DNA from: an uncultured bacterium
Lineage (GTDB): Bacteria > Babelota > Babeliae > Babelales > Vermiphilaceae
Length of the DNA stretch: 64,000 nucleotides
NCBI GenBank assembly: GCA_963701085.1
Contig: OY969561.1
Span: 992,001 to 1,056,000, forward strand
Direction: 5' to 3'
In this document: piece by piece, positions 23,052-32,846 of the stretch
Layout of the letters: each line of letters begins with the position of its first letter
How positions within the stretch are numbered: position 1 is the stretch's first letter
The notes under the pieces: model-generated
Databases searched by the model: none
What the model was told of the DNA's origin: nothing
The model's input: only the letters and a program-made list of their open reading frames with translations
Translations under genes and position numbers: made by a program

Positions 23052-24575
23052 TTAACCAAAAATATAGCGCATAAGCAGTGCGCCCCAGGCATTAGATATT
23101 AAAAATACGGCCTCTTGATATGAGTTGTGAATGCCGCGTTCAGGAAAATAAATAGCAATTCCGTGTGCATTTTTTAAATTTTTTCCTACGGTATTTGCGA
23201 TAACAAGTTGCTCAATTAATTGTATGCCCTCATCAAGTTTCATGAGGATATTATTTTTTGTTGCTGGGTTCATTTGATTATTGTCTGCCGTAAATCTTCT
23301 TATATTGTTTGATAAGTTTCTATAAAAGTGATGGAGATCTATATATGTTGGTTCATCAAAGTGCGTGCAGAGTAATTTGTTTCTGCTTTCTTTTATGAGA
23401 GGAGCAAGGATATTTTTTTGTTTATCAAGGCCATCAATCAGTATTTTTGATACATGATCTATATTGCGTTCCAACAGTTCAATGGAATCAAGATTTATTG
23501 CGGATAATGTATAGTCATTAGTGATTGATTGATAGGTTCTGTCATAAGCGGCAACAATATGACGAGCAAAGGTAGGAGTATCCAGTCTATCATTAAGAAA
23601 AGGGTAGAGTACTTCATCATATTTCCATCCCATTCCAAGTTCTACTTCTTCAGAGCTTACCATGACATGAGCATATTTTTTGATGAAACTGCTTACTTCT
23701 ATCATTGACATGAGACATGCATCAAAACCAATTATGCCGAATTTTTTACCACCAAGATAATTTTGACATATTGTTTGGAGAGCTATTTCCATTTTTCTGT
23801 TTGATAAATAGTTTCCTGTGGTATCATCCCAACAAACCCCACGATATTTTGGATCTCCATGTTCAATTGCGTCCATGAATTCAATCGATCTATCAAGATC
23901 AAGCCGATGGGTTGATGGATTAAATACAAAAAGATCCATTGGGTTGATAATTTTGCCATGAGGTGGTTCAAGAATTCCCGTTCCATGATTCCAGAGGATA
24001 AGATCGTATTCATCGGCAGGATAGCTTCTGATAGCCCACTCGCAGAAAGAAATAAGTGTTGCAGGATTGCCACTATCCATTTGTTGTGTCAGAGGATTAT
24101 AAGGATCAATATGAAGCACTTGGTCTTTTTCAATAAGGTAACGGCGAGTTATTTTTTTATTGCCTGATATGCGAATATCCAAATGAACGGCGATCGTGAT
24201 ATTTTGATTAGATCCAATGTTTGCCATTTGTTGAATATTACGAGCTGCGAAAGGGCGCAGATCATTGTCTGCCGCCATATATATCATGATAGTGCGTTTA
24301 GTTTGACCGACTTTATTGGCCTTGTTCTGTTTATGAGGTTTACTGATTTTTTTATTTTTTTTCGTGATGGTGACTTTATTCGTTTTTATTGAACTTGTTT
24401 GACGAATTTCATCACAAAAATCGCAATAACATGATTGATAAGTAACATTCCTATCCGCAGAATGTATTTTGCTGTTGTTATTTATTGTGTGGATCATTCC
24501 GACTGTTAAGCATAAGCCTACAAGAATACATTTGTTTATTATCTTGCTCGTTGTTTTGATAATTTGTGACAACAT
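23052..24575 (-). CDS. Clostripain-family (C11) cysteine peptidase, probably exported
   Basis: IYMAADNDL; LILWNHGTG (His); GFDACLM (Cys); SEE; hydrophobic N-terminus. Confidence 0.85.
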   Translation of the reverse strand: MLSQIIKTTSKIINKCILVGLCLTVGMIHTINNNSKIHSADRNVTYQSCYCDFCDEIRQTSSIKTNKVTITKKNKKISKPHKQNKANKVGQTKRTIMIYMAADNDLRPFAARNIQQMANIGSNQNITIAVHLDIRISGNKKITRRYLIEKDQVLHIDPYNPLTQQMDSGNPATLISFCEWAIRSYPADEYDLILWNHGTGILEPPHGKIINPMDLFVFNPSTHRLDLDRSIEFMDAIEHGDPKYRGVCWDDTTGNYLSNRKMEIALQTICQNYLGGKKFGIIGFDACLMSMIEVSSFIKKYAHVMVSSEEVELGMGWKYDEVLYPFLNDRLDTPTFARHIVAAYDRTYQSITNDYTLSAINLDSIELLERNIDHVSKILIDGLDKQKNILAPLIKESRNKLLCTHFDEPTYIDLHHFYRNLSNNIRRFTADNNQMNPATKNNILMKLDEGIQLIEQLVIANTVGKNLKNAHGIAIYFPERGIHNSYQEAVFLISNAWGALLMRYIFG

Positions 24576-24657
24576 TATAAGTCTCCCTTTTTTTGATTTG
24601 TTGCTCAGTTAATGTTTTTATATTAGGCGATGTGATGCGGGAGAATCAATATTTTGA

Positions 24658-25779
24658 TTATTTGGTTGTATGTTCAGTTGATAATTGGTTAAACCATGTT
24701 AAGGCGAATGTGAGTGCAAAGCTTAGTTGAAAATCAAGAAAAAAGAGATAGAGCGGACAGTAGAGTAAGAAACCAAAGCAGACGAGAGTTAAATAATGCA
24801 ACAAATGAAAAGGAGTTTTGGCGAATAAGCAAAACTTATTTAATATGAATAATGCAAATGATCGGGTAAATGGTGCTGATGTCCACGTTAAGATAAAATA
24901 GATACAACTGAGTAGGGCCATTATGAGTTGTTTTATGATGAGAGGAAGAGGAATAACACAAAAAATGGCCTGCCAGATAAAAATAAAGAGTGCTAGGTGT
25001 AGTCCCGAGCGGGCAAGAAAATGTGAAATTCCCCAGATTTTGAACTGTTCATTGGTCTCTTCTAATTCTGCTTTAATGCATGCGCGATTCCCAAGGAAAA
25101 GTGATGAAAAAAAACGAAATCCGTTTGGAGACAGTTTGTTTGCTAAGCTATCTAAAAGTCTTTTTTTTTGGCTCCATATCCAGTAGCGCAACGACCATGT
25201 TGGATGATTGTTAATGGTGTATGATGGTGCATCATCAAAAATTGTTGCAACAATCTGTTCTTTTATCTGATAGCGCTGAAAAGATTCATTAGATGGCTTT
25301 TTACAACATATATTATAGAAAGTCACGGTATCTCCAACAACAGCGCTATTGTTGCTTTCTGTGTAAATAATCAATGTTTTGTTGCTTGTTTGTGTGCATT
25401 GTGCTGTTGCAACATCGTTAATGGCAAGGGTAATGGCGGTTAATTTTTTGTAATGTTGTATCACTTCACTTTTATCTATGACAGTTCCGGTAATAGTTAT
25501 TTTTTTGTTATGAGCAAATGTATAAAAATCATCATAATCACGCAGCTCTTTTTGATGCAGCCATGCACCTGTACAAACAAAAAAGGAACAAAGAATAAGT
25601 TGTTTTGGAAAGGGTAGCTGTTTTAGGTGTGCAAATAGTGCACAAAAGAGTAATAGCACTAAAATGGCCAAAAAGGGGATAAGTGTTGTGTGCCAGATGA
25701 TGCCAACAATAAAAAACAGTGTTATAATAAAAAGTGGTGGGATGTTGATAAGGTGGAAGTTTTTGGTGAATAAGTACAT
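24658..25779 (-). CDS. comEC: ComEC/Rec2-family competence membrane protein (no metallo-beta-lactamase domain)
   Basis: Multiple TMs; OB-like region; SLFLG; GISHFLARSGLH; DFQLSF. Confidence 0.8.
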   Translation of the reverse strand: MYLFTKNFHLINIPPLFIITLFFIVGIIWHTTLIPFLAILVLLLFCALFAHLKQLPFPKQLILCSFFVCTGAWLHQKELRDYDDFYTFAHNKKITITGTVIDKSEVIQHYKKLTAITLAINDVATAQCTQTSNKTLIIYTESNNSAVVGDTVTFYNICCKKPSNESFQRYQIKEQIVATIFDDAPSYTINNHPTWSLRYWIWSQKKRLLDSLANKLSPNGFRFFSSLFLGNRACIKAELEETNEQFKIWGISHFLARSGLHLALFIFIWQAIFCVIPLPLIIKQLIMALLSCIYFILTWTSAPFTRSFALFILNKFCLFAKTPFHLLHYLTLVCFGFLLYCPLYLFFLDFQLSFALTFALTWFNQLSTEHTTK

Positions 25780-25873
25780 GTTTTATGAGTTGTTTAATTC
25801 TATTATAGCATATATTGTTTTTGAAATATTGTTTTTGTATACAATATCATAAATTTTGATAATGAACGAGCTG

Positions 25874-25941
25874 TTTTTAATGACCTTTACAATAACCACT
25901 GTTTCTTGTTATGTTGTTTTTAATTAAAAACAGCCAGAAAA
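25874..25941 (+). repeat. Direct repeat copy 1 (duplicated promoter)
   Basis: About 59/68 identical by hand alignment to 26924-26991. Confidence 0.8.
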
Positions 25942-25961
25942 GCCTTTTAAGGAGAAAAAAA

Positions 25962-26912
25962 ATGAAAAAAGTAATGAGTTATTTGTTTTTTTTATGTATA
26001 TCAATGAATATGCTTGTGGCTATGGAGCCGCAGAGAGATAGACAAATGGTAAATCTCAAATTGATAGATGATAAGAACAAAATTTATTCAATAGCGCGAT
26101 GGAAAGTGGTACAAGAATTATATCTAGATGCTACGATTAACATTCCTGGTATTACCGAACAAGAAATTTCATATTTTGATAAAGAATTAAACACAATTGA
26201 TTTACAAGCGATTCAAGAGAATAAAGAGAATAAAGATGAGTTAAAAAAAGAGATTAAAAAAAAGATTATACTACATCACCTTCCTGCGTATAAAAAAGTT
26301 TTTGATTATCTTCTCGTTTCCATGATTGCAGACAATATTCACAATGATCTCGTGAAATCAGAAAAAGCTTATTCATTTGAGCCAAAATCAGTAAAAAAGT
26401 TATCAATGCAAGATTTATATATACCACCGATAGCTAAATTAGGGACAGATACTTTTAATGGGAAATGTTTCTTAGTTAATGATCATTCAGTCAACCCTGT
26501 AATAACTTATATACCTCTTTCAACAATGATGTGTATGGCTAAAAATCGTACGAATTGTGTGGAAATATACAATCATAATAAACATTTATTTGAACATATG
26601 GGTACAGTGTCATATGATCAAATAAACATCAATGGACTTGGTGTTACTACTGATTTGAGGTATTTAGTAGCCACCTTTGATGATATGCTGGTATCTAAAG
26701 CAGAATTGTATAGCGATAGTGATCTTGATGCATACAAAGACATAACAAATAATATAAAATTAGCCGATATTTATCTGTTATTGCATTTGTATAAAGCAAA
26801 AGAACAAAAACTCCGCGCTGAATTGCATGATAATGAACGCGAGTATATTCGCAATTATTTGACTACAAATGAAAAAGGTAAGGAACTTATACAAAAACAC
26901 TTTTTGTCGTAA
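25962..26912 (+). CDS. Secreted hypothetical protein (signal peptide ending AME)
   Basis: AAGGAG RBS; MKKVMSYLFFLCISMNMLVA-ME. Confidence 0.75.
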   Translation: MKKVMSYLFFLCISMNMLVAMEPQRDRQMVNLKLIDDKNKIYSIARWKVVQELYLDATINIPGITEQEISYFDKELNTIDLQAIQENKENKDELKKEIKKKIILHHLPAYKKVFDYLLVSMIADNIHNDLVKSEKAYSFEPKSVKKLSMQDLYIPPIAKLGTDTFNGKCFLVNDHSVNPVITYIPLSTMMCMAKNRTNCVEIYNHNKHLFEHMGTVSYDQININGLGVTTDLRYLVATFDDMLVSKAELYSDSDLDAYKDITNNIKLADIYLLLHLYKAKEQKLRAELHDNEREYIRNYLTTNEKGKELIQKHFLS

Positions 26913-26923
26913 GTTCCTTACCT

Positions 26924-26991
26924 TTTTTAATGAATTTTGCAATAGCCACCGTTTCTCGTTATGCTGTTTTTAATTAAAAAAAGCGAGAAAA
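26924..26991 (+). promoter_or_regulatory. Sigma70-like promoter of the M16 peptidase; direct repeat copy 2
   Basis: TTGCAA-17 bp-TATGCT; duplicated upstream of the previous gene. Confidence 0.6.
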
Positions 26992-27013
26992 TTCTTTTCT
27001 AGTGAGGTGGTCT

Positions 27014-29794
27014 ATGCGTTCTTATCTTGTTAATTTAGCAGCTCTTGGGTATCATGTAATTCTTATAGGGTTAATCATAATATATGTGCCAATACTCGGC
27101 AATGATGCCATCAAAACAGAATCAGGAATGTACATGTCAGATCAAAAAAATATGATGCAACAGGCGGCATCTGTTTATCCACACGTTGAAAAAAGAATGT
27201 TAGATAATGGACTTACTATTCTTGTGCGTGAATCTCACGAGATACCAAAAGTGTCTTTTCAGATTTGGTATAATGTTGGTTCAAAAGATGAATTAACGGG
27301 TGAAAAGGGCATTGCGCATCTTATTGAGCATATGATTTTTAAAGGTACTGATACATTATCTGAATCAGATATTAATGTTCTTGTGCATAAGCTTTCTGGT
27401 AGTTGTAATGCATTTACTTCATATGATTACACGGGATATTTATTTAATTTTCCTACTCATCACTGGCATGAAGCTTTTCCTGTTGTCGCTGATTGTATGA
27501 CCAACTGCTTATTTGATGATGATATGCTTAATTCTGAAATGAAGGCGGTTATACAAGAGCTAAAATTATATAAAGATCAATATGAACGTTCTTTGATGGA
27601 AGAGATGATTGGTATGATTTTTGCTGATCATCCATATCATTTTCCTATTATTGGGTATAAACAAGATTTGTGGAGTGTTGCGGGTAAAGATTTATTATCG
27701 TTTTACAAAAAACATTATAAGCCTAATAATGCCACGCTGGTGATTGTTGGTGATGTTAATCCTGATGAAGTAGTAGACTTAGCAAATAAATACTTTGGTG
27801 CTATTCCAAAAGATCCAGAATATACAAAAAAAGAAAATTTCTTTCATCGTGACATCGCGTCAAAATCATTAACATTATATCGCGATGTTGCTCAGCCAAC
27901 GTTAGCATATGCATTTGTTGTGCCAGGAGCGGTTGACAAAAGAGATACAGCACTTGATATTTTTGAGTGGATTTTGGGCAAGGGAAAGAGTTCACGTTTG
28001 TATAAAAAATTGGTTAATGAAACTCAATTGGTAACGAGCGTCTCAACCGGTTTTTGGAATCTTTTTGATTATGGTATTTTCTTTATTTTGGCAGAGCCAA
28101 AAAACATAGAAGATGCGTCAGACATTGAACGTATTATTTTGGCAGAGTTAGATGATCTTGCAAAAAACGGCATTAGCCTTGATGAGTTTGAAAGAGGTTA
28201 TAAAAAAACACAAATGTCATTTTATAGTCTTTTAGAAGCGATTGAAGATCAAGCGTATGCAATTGGGCACACTTACTTGGCTACTGGTGATGAAAATTAT
28301 GTGTTTACGTCTTTAGAACAACCAGAAGAAGTTTTAAAAAAACAGATACAAGAAATTGTTAGCTCATACTTCCGCCCGGCAGTTATGCATAAAGGTTTTG
28401 TGCTTGAATTACCGGAATCTGAAAAAGGGGAATGGGCGGTATTGCAAGAAGAATCAGATAAGGAAGATGAGAAAATTCTTGCTGCGCGTATACGTTCAAC
28501 TGAAGTTGGTGGGGCGGTGTATGCAAAAACGGTTGATGTTCAATTGCCAGCACATTTTAATTTTCCTAAGCCAGAGACAATGTCTTTATCAAACGGATTA
28601 AAAGTGTTGTATCACAATAATGATATGACTCCCAAGATTAACATTATTCTTGAATTTAAAGCTCGTTCACATTACGATCCCCAAGATCAGCAAGGACTTT
28701 ACACATTTGTTGCTGATATGATGACCGAAGGTACAAGAAATTACACGAGTGAAGAACTCGCTGATGCAATTGAATCACGAGGGATGTCATTGAATGTATA
28801 CCCTGGTGGCATTTCTATGAAAATGCTCGAGGGTGATTTTGTTTTTGGTCTTGGTATTTTAAAAGAAGTTTTGACCAATGCAACATTTCCTGAAGATGAA
28901 ATAGAAAAAGTGCGCGATCAGTTGTTGACTGATATTAAACAGTATTGGGATGAACCACGTTCTTTTGTCAGTGATTTGGTGCGTAAAACTCTTTATAAAG
29001 ACCATCCTTATAGTAAACAAAGCATTGGAACTGAAAAATCTGTTTCATCAATGACGCGCCAAGATTTGATGGATTTTTATAAAAAATATATTTCTCCTTC
29101 TGGAGCTCGCATAGCAATTGTTGGAGACATAGAACAGTATGATTTACAGAATGTTTTAGAAACAGCTCTTGGCGATTGGCAGGGACCAGTTGTCAAAGAA
29201 TTGGATTATCCTCAACTGTCTCCGGTAGAAAAACAAGATGTAAATTATCCTATTAATCGTGATCAGGTTGTGTTGTGTTTAGCGCAATTATCAATTGCTC
29301 GTACACACCCTGATTTTGATAAATATCTATTATTTGATCAAATATTTGGTGGTGGAGCTCTTGGTTCTATGAGTTCACGTTTGTTTGATTTGCGTGAGCA
29401 AACAGGGTTATTTTATACTATTCGTGGATCATTAACTGCAGGAGCTGATGAGCAACCAGGTATGTTCCAAGTGCGCACTATTGTTTCTTTGGATAGACTT
29501 GTAGAGGCAGAAAAAGTTATCAAGGAAACCATTGATAATGTTGTTGATACGTTAACTGAACAAGATCTTGAAGAAGCAAAGGCTGCGGTGGTCAATACGC
29601 TTGTTGATAATTTTGTATCTAACAGTGATATTGCAAGCACATTCTTATATGTTGATCGTTTTAAATTCCCTGCTGACTATTTTGATAATCGTGCTGCACA
29701 AGTTGAACAAGTTACGCTCGATGAAATGAAGCAAGCGGTTAAGAATATTCTTGCATCAGACAAAATTATTACGGTGCGTGCGGGACGAGTATAA
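27014..29794 (+). CDS. M16 (insulinase/pitrilysin) zinc peptidase, two-module
   Basis: GIAHLIEHMIFKG inverted zinc motif; NAFTSYDYT; second module SRLFDLREQTGLFY; GAGGTG RBS. Confidence 0.92.
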   Translation: MRSYLVNLAALGYHVILIGLIIIYVPILGNDAIKTESGMYMSDQKNMMQQAASVYPHVEKRMLDNGLTILVRESHEIPKVSFQIWYNVGSKDELTGEKGIAHLIEHMIFKGTDTLSESDINVLVHKLSGSCNAFTSYDYTGYLFNFPTHHWHEAFPVVADCMTNCLFDDDMLNSEMKAVIQELKLYKDQYERSLMEEMIGMIFADHPYHFPIIGYKQDLWSVAGKDLLSFYKKHYKPNNATLVIVGDVNPDEVVDLANKYFGAIPKDPEYTKKENFFHRDIASKSLTLYRDVAQPTLAYAFVVPGAVDKRDTALDIFEWILGKGKSSRLYKKLVNETQLVTSVSTGFWNLFDYGIFFILAEPKNIEDASDIERIILAELDDLAKNGISLDEFERGYKKTQMSFYSLLEAIEDQAYAIGHTYLATGDENYVFTSLEQPEEVLKKQIQEIVSSYFRPAVMHKGFVLELPESEKGEWAVLQEESDKEDEKILAARIRSTEVGGAVYAKTVDVQLPAHFNFPKPETMSLSNGLKVLYHNNDMTPKINIILEFKARSHYDPQDQQGLYTFVADMMTEGTRNYTSEELADAIESRGMSLNVYPGGISMKMLEGDFVFGLGILKEVLTNATFPEDEIEKVRDQLLTDIKQYWDEPRSFVSDLVRKTLYKDHPYSKQSIGTEKSVSSMTRQDLMDFYKKYISPSGARIAIVGDIEQYDLQNVLETALGDWQGPVVKELDYPQLSPVEKQDVNYPINRDQVVLCLAQLSIARTHPDFDKYLLFDQIFGGGALGSMSSRLFDLREQTGLFYTIRGSLTAGADEQPGMFQVRTIVSLDRLVEAEKVIKETIDNVVDTLTEQDLEEAKAAVVNTLVDNFVSNSDIASTFLYVDRFKFPADYFDNRAAQVEQVTLDEMKQAVKNILASDKIITVRAGRV

Positions 29795-29819
29795 ATATTT
29801 AATTTTTTATTGTTTATTA

Positions 29820-29858
29820 CGGGGAATTGGAAGTGTTTTTCCAATTCCCCGTTTTTTG
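29820..29858. terminator. Terminator between convergent M16 and WD40 genes
   Basis: CGGGGAATTGGAA...TTCCAATTCCCCG followed by T tract. Confidence 0.75.
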
Positions 29859-29879
29859 ATTTTTAAGTTATTATGCTGA

Positions 29880-30755
29880 TTATTTTATTTCTTGCTTAAC
29901 AAAAATGCGTATTTTGCTATCAAAAGATCCTGTTACTAATATATTTCCCGATGGGCCAAAGTGCATTGAAAGAACTTGTTTATCATGTTCCAGCATTGCA
30001 GTTTTAAGGTATGTTTCCAGATCAAAAATATGAACTTTATTATCACGTGATGCTATTGCAAGAAGTTTTTCAAAAGGGTCAAAGACAAGTGCGCTTACCG
30101 AACTGTTAAGTTCAAAAATTTTGATTTTTTCTTTTCTTTTAATATCAAATAAACATGCCTTGTTATTACCAGATCCTGTTGCAAGAAATTTTCCTGATGG
30201 GGAAACTGCTGTGGTAATAATCCAGCTGTTATGCTTAAAGGAGATGATTTTTTCATTTGTTTTGAGGTTGTTGATGCGCACTTTATTTTGAGATGATTCT
30301 ATCGATTTTACCCCGAGTAGATTATTATTATTATCAAAATGGATTGAGGTAATGGCTCCGTCATGAGCAAAAGAATCGATTCGGTTCAATGTTAATTCGT
30401 TTTCATCTTTTTTGATATCAAAGATACATGTTTCTGGTTTGTGTGATAGTGTTGCAAACTTTGTACCATCATGATTAAAACAAATTGATGTAATACCATG
30501 ATTAAAAGACAAAAAAGCCATTTTTTTACCCGATTGTAGATCAGATATGTATACCAGTTCAGCACAGGGAACAACAGCTAACAATCTTTCAGTAGGATCG
30601 ATGCACACTGAACTAATCCAACGATGGTCTTCAAATATTTTATCTAAATGCCATTGACCTGTTGATTTTACAGGAATAATTTTTTCAGACTCCATGCCGA
30701 TTAGTGTGCTATTTAAATAAAAAATGGTGAGAAAAATAATATTTTTATTGTTCAT
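29880..30755 (-). CDS. WD40-repeat protein with signal peptide
   Basis: Repeats such as H..WI...AVSPSGKFLATGSGNNKACLFD and FGPSGNILVTGSFDSKIRIF; N-terminus ...STLIG-ME. Confidence 0.88.
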   Translation of the reverse strand: MNNKNIIFLTIFYLNSTLIGMESEKIIPVKSTGQWHLDKIFEDHRWISSVCIDPTERLLAVVPCAELVYISDLQSGKKMAFLSFNHGITSICFNHDGTKFATLSHKPETCIFDIKKDENELTLNRIDSFAHDGAITSIHFDNNNNLLGVKSIESSQNKVRINNLKTNEKIISFKHNSWIITTAVSPSGKFLATGSGNNKACLFDIKRKEKIKIFELNSSVSALVFDPFEKLLAIASRDNKVHIFDLETYLKTAMLEHDKQVLSMHFGPSGNILVTGSFDSKIRIFVKQEIK

Positions 30756-30790
30756 GGTTTATTAATTCACGGTTTTTTTTACGAACTATT

Positions 30791-30943
30791 TTACTGCTTT
30801 TTTGATTGTATCAATAATTTATGTAGTTGTTGAGCTGAATTAGTTAATATTTTTTGTTCATCGTTATTCAGTGGGATTGGAAGTGTTTTTTCAATTCCAT
30901 TCTCACCGAGTATAGCAGGTAGGCTGATGCACATGTCATATTT
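30791..30943 (-). pseudogene. Relic 3' end of ldh (diverged duplicate)
   Basis: Translates to DMCISLPAILGENGIEKTLPIPLNNDEQKILTNSAQQLHKLL..., vs ldh DMCISLPAILGENGIEKILPIPLDNDEQKQLIDSAQQLRNL. Confidence 0.85.
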
Positions 30944-31054
30944 GATAATCGTGCTGAACAACTTGAAAAAATTACGCTTGATGATGTAAAAAAAGCAGTT
31001 AAAATATTTCTTAACTCAAAGAATTTGATTCCTGTCCGTGCAGGGTGAGTGTAA
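30939..31054 (+). pseudogene. Relic 3' end of the M16 peptidase gene (diverged duplicate)
   Basis: FDNRAEQLEKITLDDVKKAVKIFLNSKNLIPVRAG* vs FDNRAAQVEQVTLDEMKQAVKNILASDKIITVRAGRV*. Confidence 0.85.
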
Positions 31055-31088
31055 GATTCGATCCAACTGTATTATTAAGATAATAGAT

Positions 31089-31700
31089 CTATAGTTCAAA
31101 GAATTTTGCTACATCAATAGTATCACTCGCCACTTTTGTGGTGACATGGTATCGTTTATATTCATAAACATACTTGAATGTTTCTAGTACTCGTTCATAT
31201 CCATACCACGTGTCTTGAGCATCATGTACTATAAAGATATCGGTATGTGAGCGTAAACGTTCAATATCAACTACGCGACGCAGTCCTGGAGTGTGATCAA
31301 TAAACACAATACTCCAATGCGTATCTGAACCAATAGTATCCCACGCATCTTCTCCAACACTAAACCATACATCGTTCCTCTCGCTGTACTTATCATATGC
31401 AGGTACATAGATAAACGTATGCCAATCACGCTGCATATCAATAAATAATTCGAGCCATACTCTATCTACATCAGTTGAAACAAGCATGCGTTTCATTGGC
31501 GCACATAATGCATGCAACATTGGTGTACTATAATCGCCACAACCCATTTCCAGTATGGGTCCAGTCGTATTGGCTGCTATAGTTGCCAATACAGGAAAAT
31601 GTGTTCCAAAACCATTAATGCCATTACGATACTCTTGCATGGAGTTGAATATAGAATGCGTAAAAAATAAACATACTGTTATTGATAATATTTTTTTCAT
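31089..31700 (-). CDS. Class I SAM methyltransferase-like protein with signal peptide
   Basis: GPILEMGCGDYST glycine loop; VFIDH; IVHD; MKKILSITVCLFFTHSIFNS-MQE. Confidence 0.6.
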   Translation of the reverse strand: MKKILSITVCLFFTHSIFNSMQEYRNGINGFGTHFPVLATIAANTTGPILEMGCGDYSTPMLHALCAPMKRMLVSTDVDRVWLELFIDMQRDWHTFIYVPAYDKYSERNDVWFSVGEDAWDTIGSDTHWSIVFIDHTPGLRRVVDIERLRSHTDIFIVHDAQDTWYGYERVLETFKYVYEYKRYHVTTKVASDTIDVAKFFEL

Positions 31701-31758
31701 GACAGACTTTTCTTTTTTTAATGTGACGTCAGTTTGGTATAATAGTTGAAAATTTCTT

Positions 31759-32697
31759 TCAAATGCTACTACAGTGATCCCTTTTGTCAAACATGAATTT
31801 GAAAAGATTGCGTAATTGCTGCGCTGAGTCAATTAATTGTTTTTGTTCATCGTTATCAAGTGGGATTGGGAGTATTTTTTCAATGCCATTTTCACCTAGT
31901 ATAGCAGGTAGGCTGATGCACATGTCATATTTTTCATTATACACGCTTAACGGCATGACTAATTTTTGATCAAAAATAATCGCTTCACACATGCGTGCTA
32001 CCGCTGTAGCAATACCAAAGTATGTTGATCCTTTGCATGCAATAATTTCATACGCCTTATTTTTAACTGACTCTGCCATTGCATTAAGATCTTTTGATTG
32101 TATGCCAGGATAGTCCGCAATGGGAATACCCGCAATTTGCGCTGATGACCACGCAGCAAACTGTGAATCACCATGTTCACCAAGTATGTATGCATCCACC
32201 GATGAACTGGCAACGCCAGTTTTTTCTGCAATAATACTGTGCAATCGTAATGTATCCAAAAAGGTTCCTGAGCCAAAGACTTGGTTGCGAGGTAGTCCAG
32301 CAAGGGATAGCGCATAATAGGTCATCAGATCAAGAGGGTTGGTGACAATAATAATAATCGCTTGTGGGTTGATTGGCTTAATTGTGATAAAGATTGCATC
32401 AAAGATGGGTTTATTTGCTTGCAATAGCTTGCGACGATCTTCATTAGGCTCTTGGGGTTTACCTGCAGCTATGACGATAATATCCGCTTGTGCGGCATCC
32501 TGAGCATTGCCTAATCTAATCTTGGAAGTCCCATCAAATGATAAGGCATCAGAAAGATCAAGAATTTCCCCCCGGCAGCGGACTTCATTCACGTCCACGA
32601 GGATAATTTCAGCGGCTATATTTTTCAGCAGGAGTGCATAGGCCGTTGTAGATCCGACAAAACCAGCGCCAATAATAGCTATTTTTGAGTGTTTCAT
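31759..32697 (-). CDS. ldh: L-lactate/malate dehydrogenase family
   Basis: IIGAGFVG, VTNPLD, GSGTFLDTLR, ILGEHGDS, KGSTYFGIA. Confidence 0.88.
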   Translation of the reverse strand: MKHSKIAIIGAGFVGSTTAYALLLKNIAAEIILVDVNEVRCRGEILDLSDALSFDGTSKIRLGNAQDAAQADIIVIAAGKPQEPNEDRRKLLQANKPIFDAIFITIKPINPQAIIIIVTNPLDLMTYYALSLAGLPRNQVFGSGTFLDTLRLHSIIAEKTGVASSSVDAYILGEHGDSQFAAWSSAQIAGIPIADYPGIQSKDLNAMAESVKNKAYEIIACKGSTYFGIATAVARMCEAIIFDQKLVMPLSVYNEKYDMCISLPAILGENGIEKILPIPLDNDEQKQLIDSAQQLRNLFKFMFDKRDHCSSI

Positions 32698-32846
32698 GGG
32701 GTTTTTCCTGTTTTGTATGGCTTAATTATATTTGTCAGTAAGCATTTTTGATGGTATTATAATTAAGATAGTTTTTAATTATTATATTTTTCAACCTTTT
32801 TACTCATTTCTCATGACATATGAGAAACGATTGTAGGACCAGCTAA

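Noticed and set aside
29820-29851. Terminator derived from ldh sequence (shares GGAAGTGTTTTT..CAATTCC with the ldh relic)
   Set aside because: Match too short in AT-rich DNA to distinguish from chance without statistics
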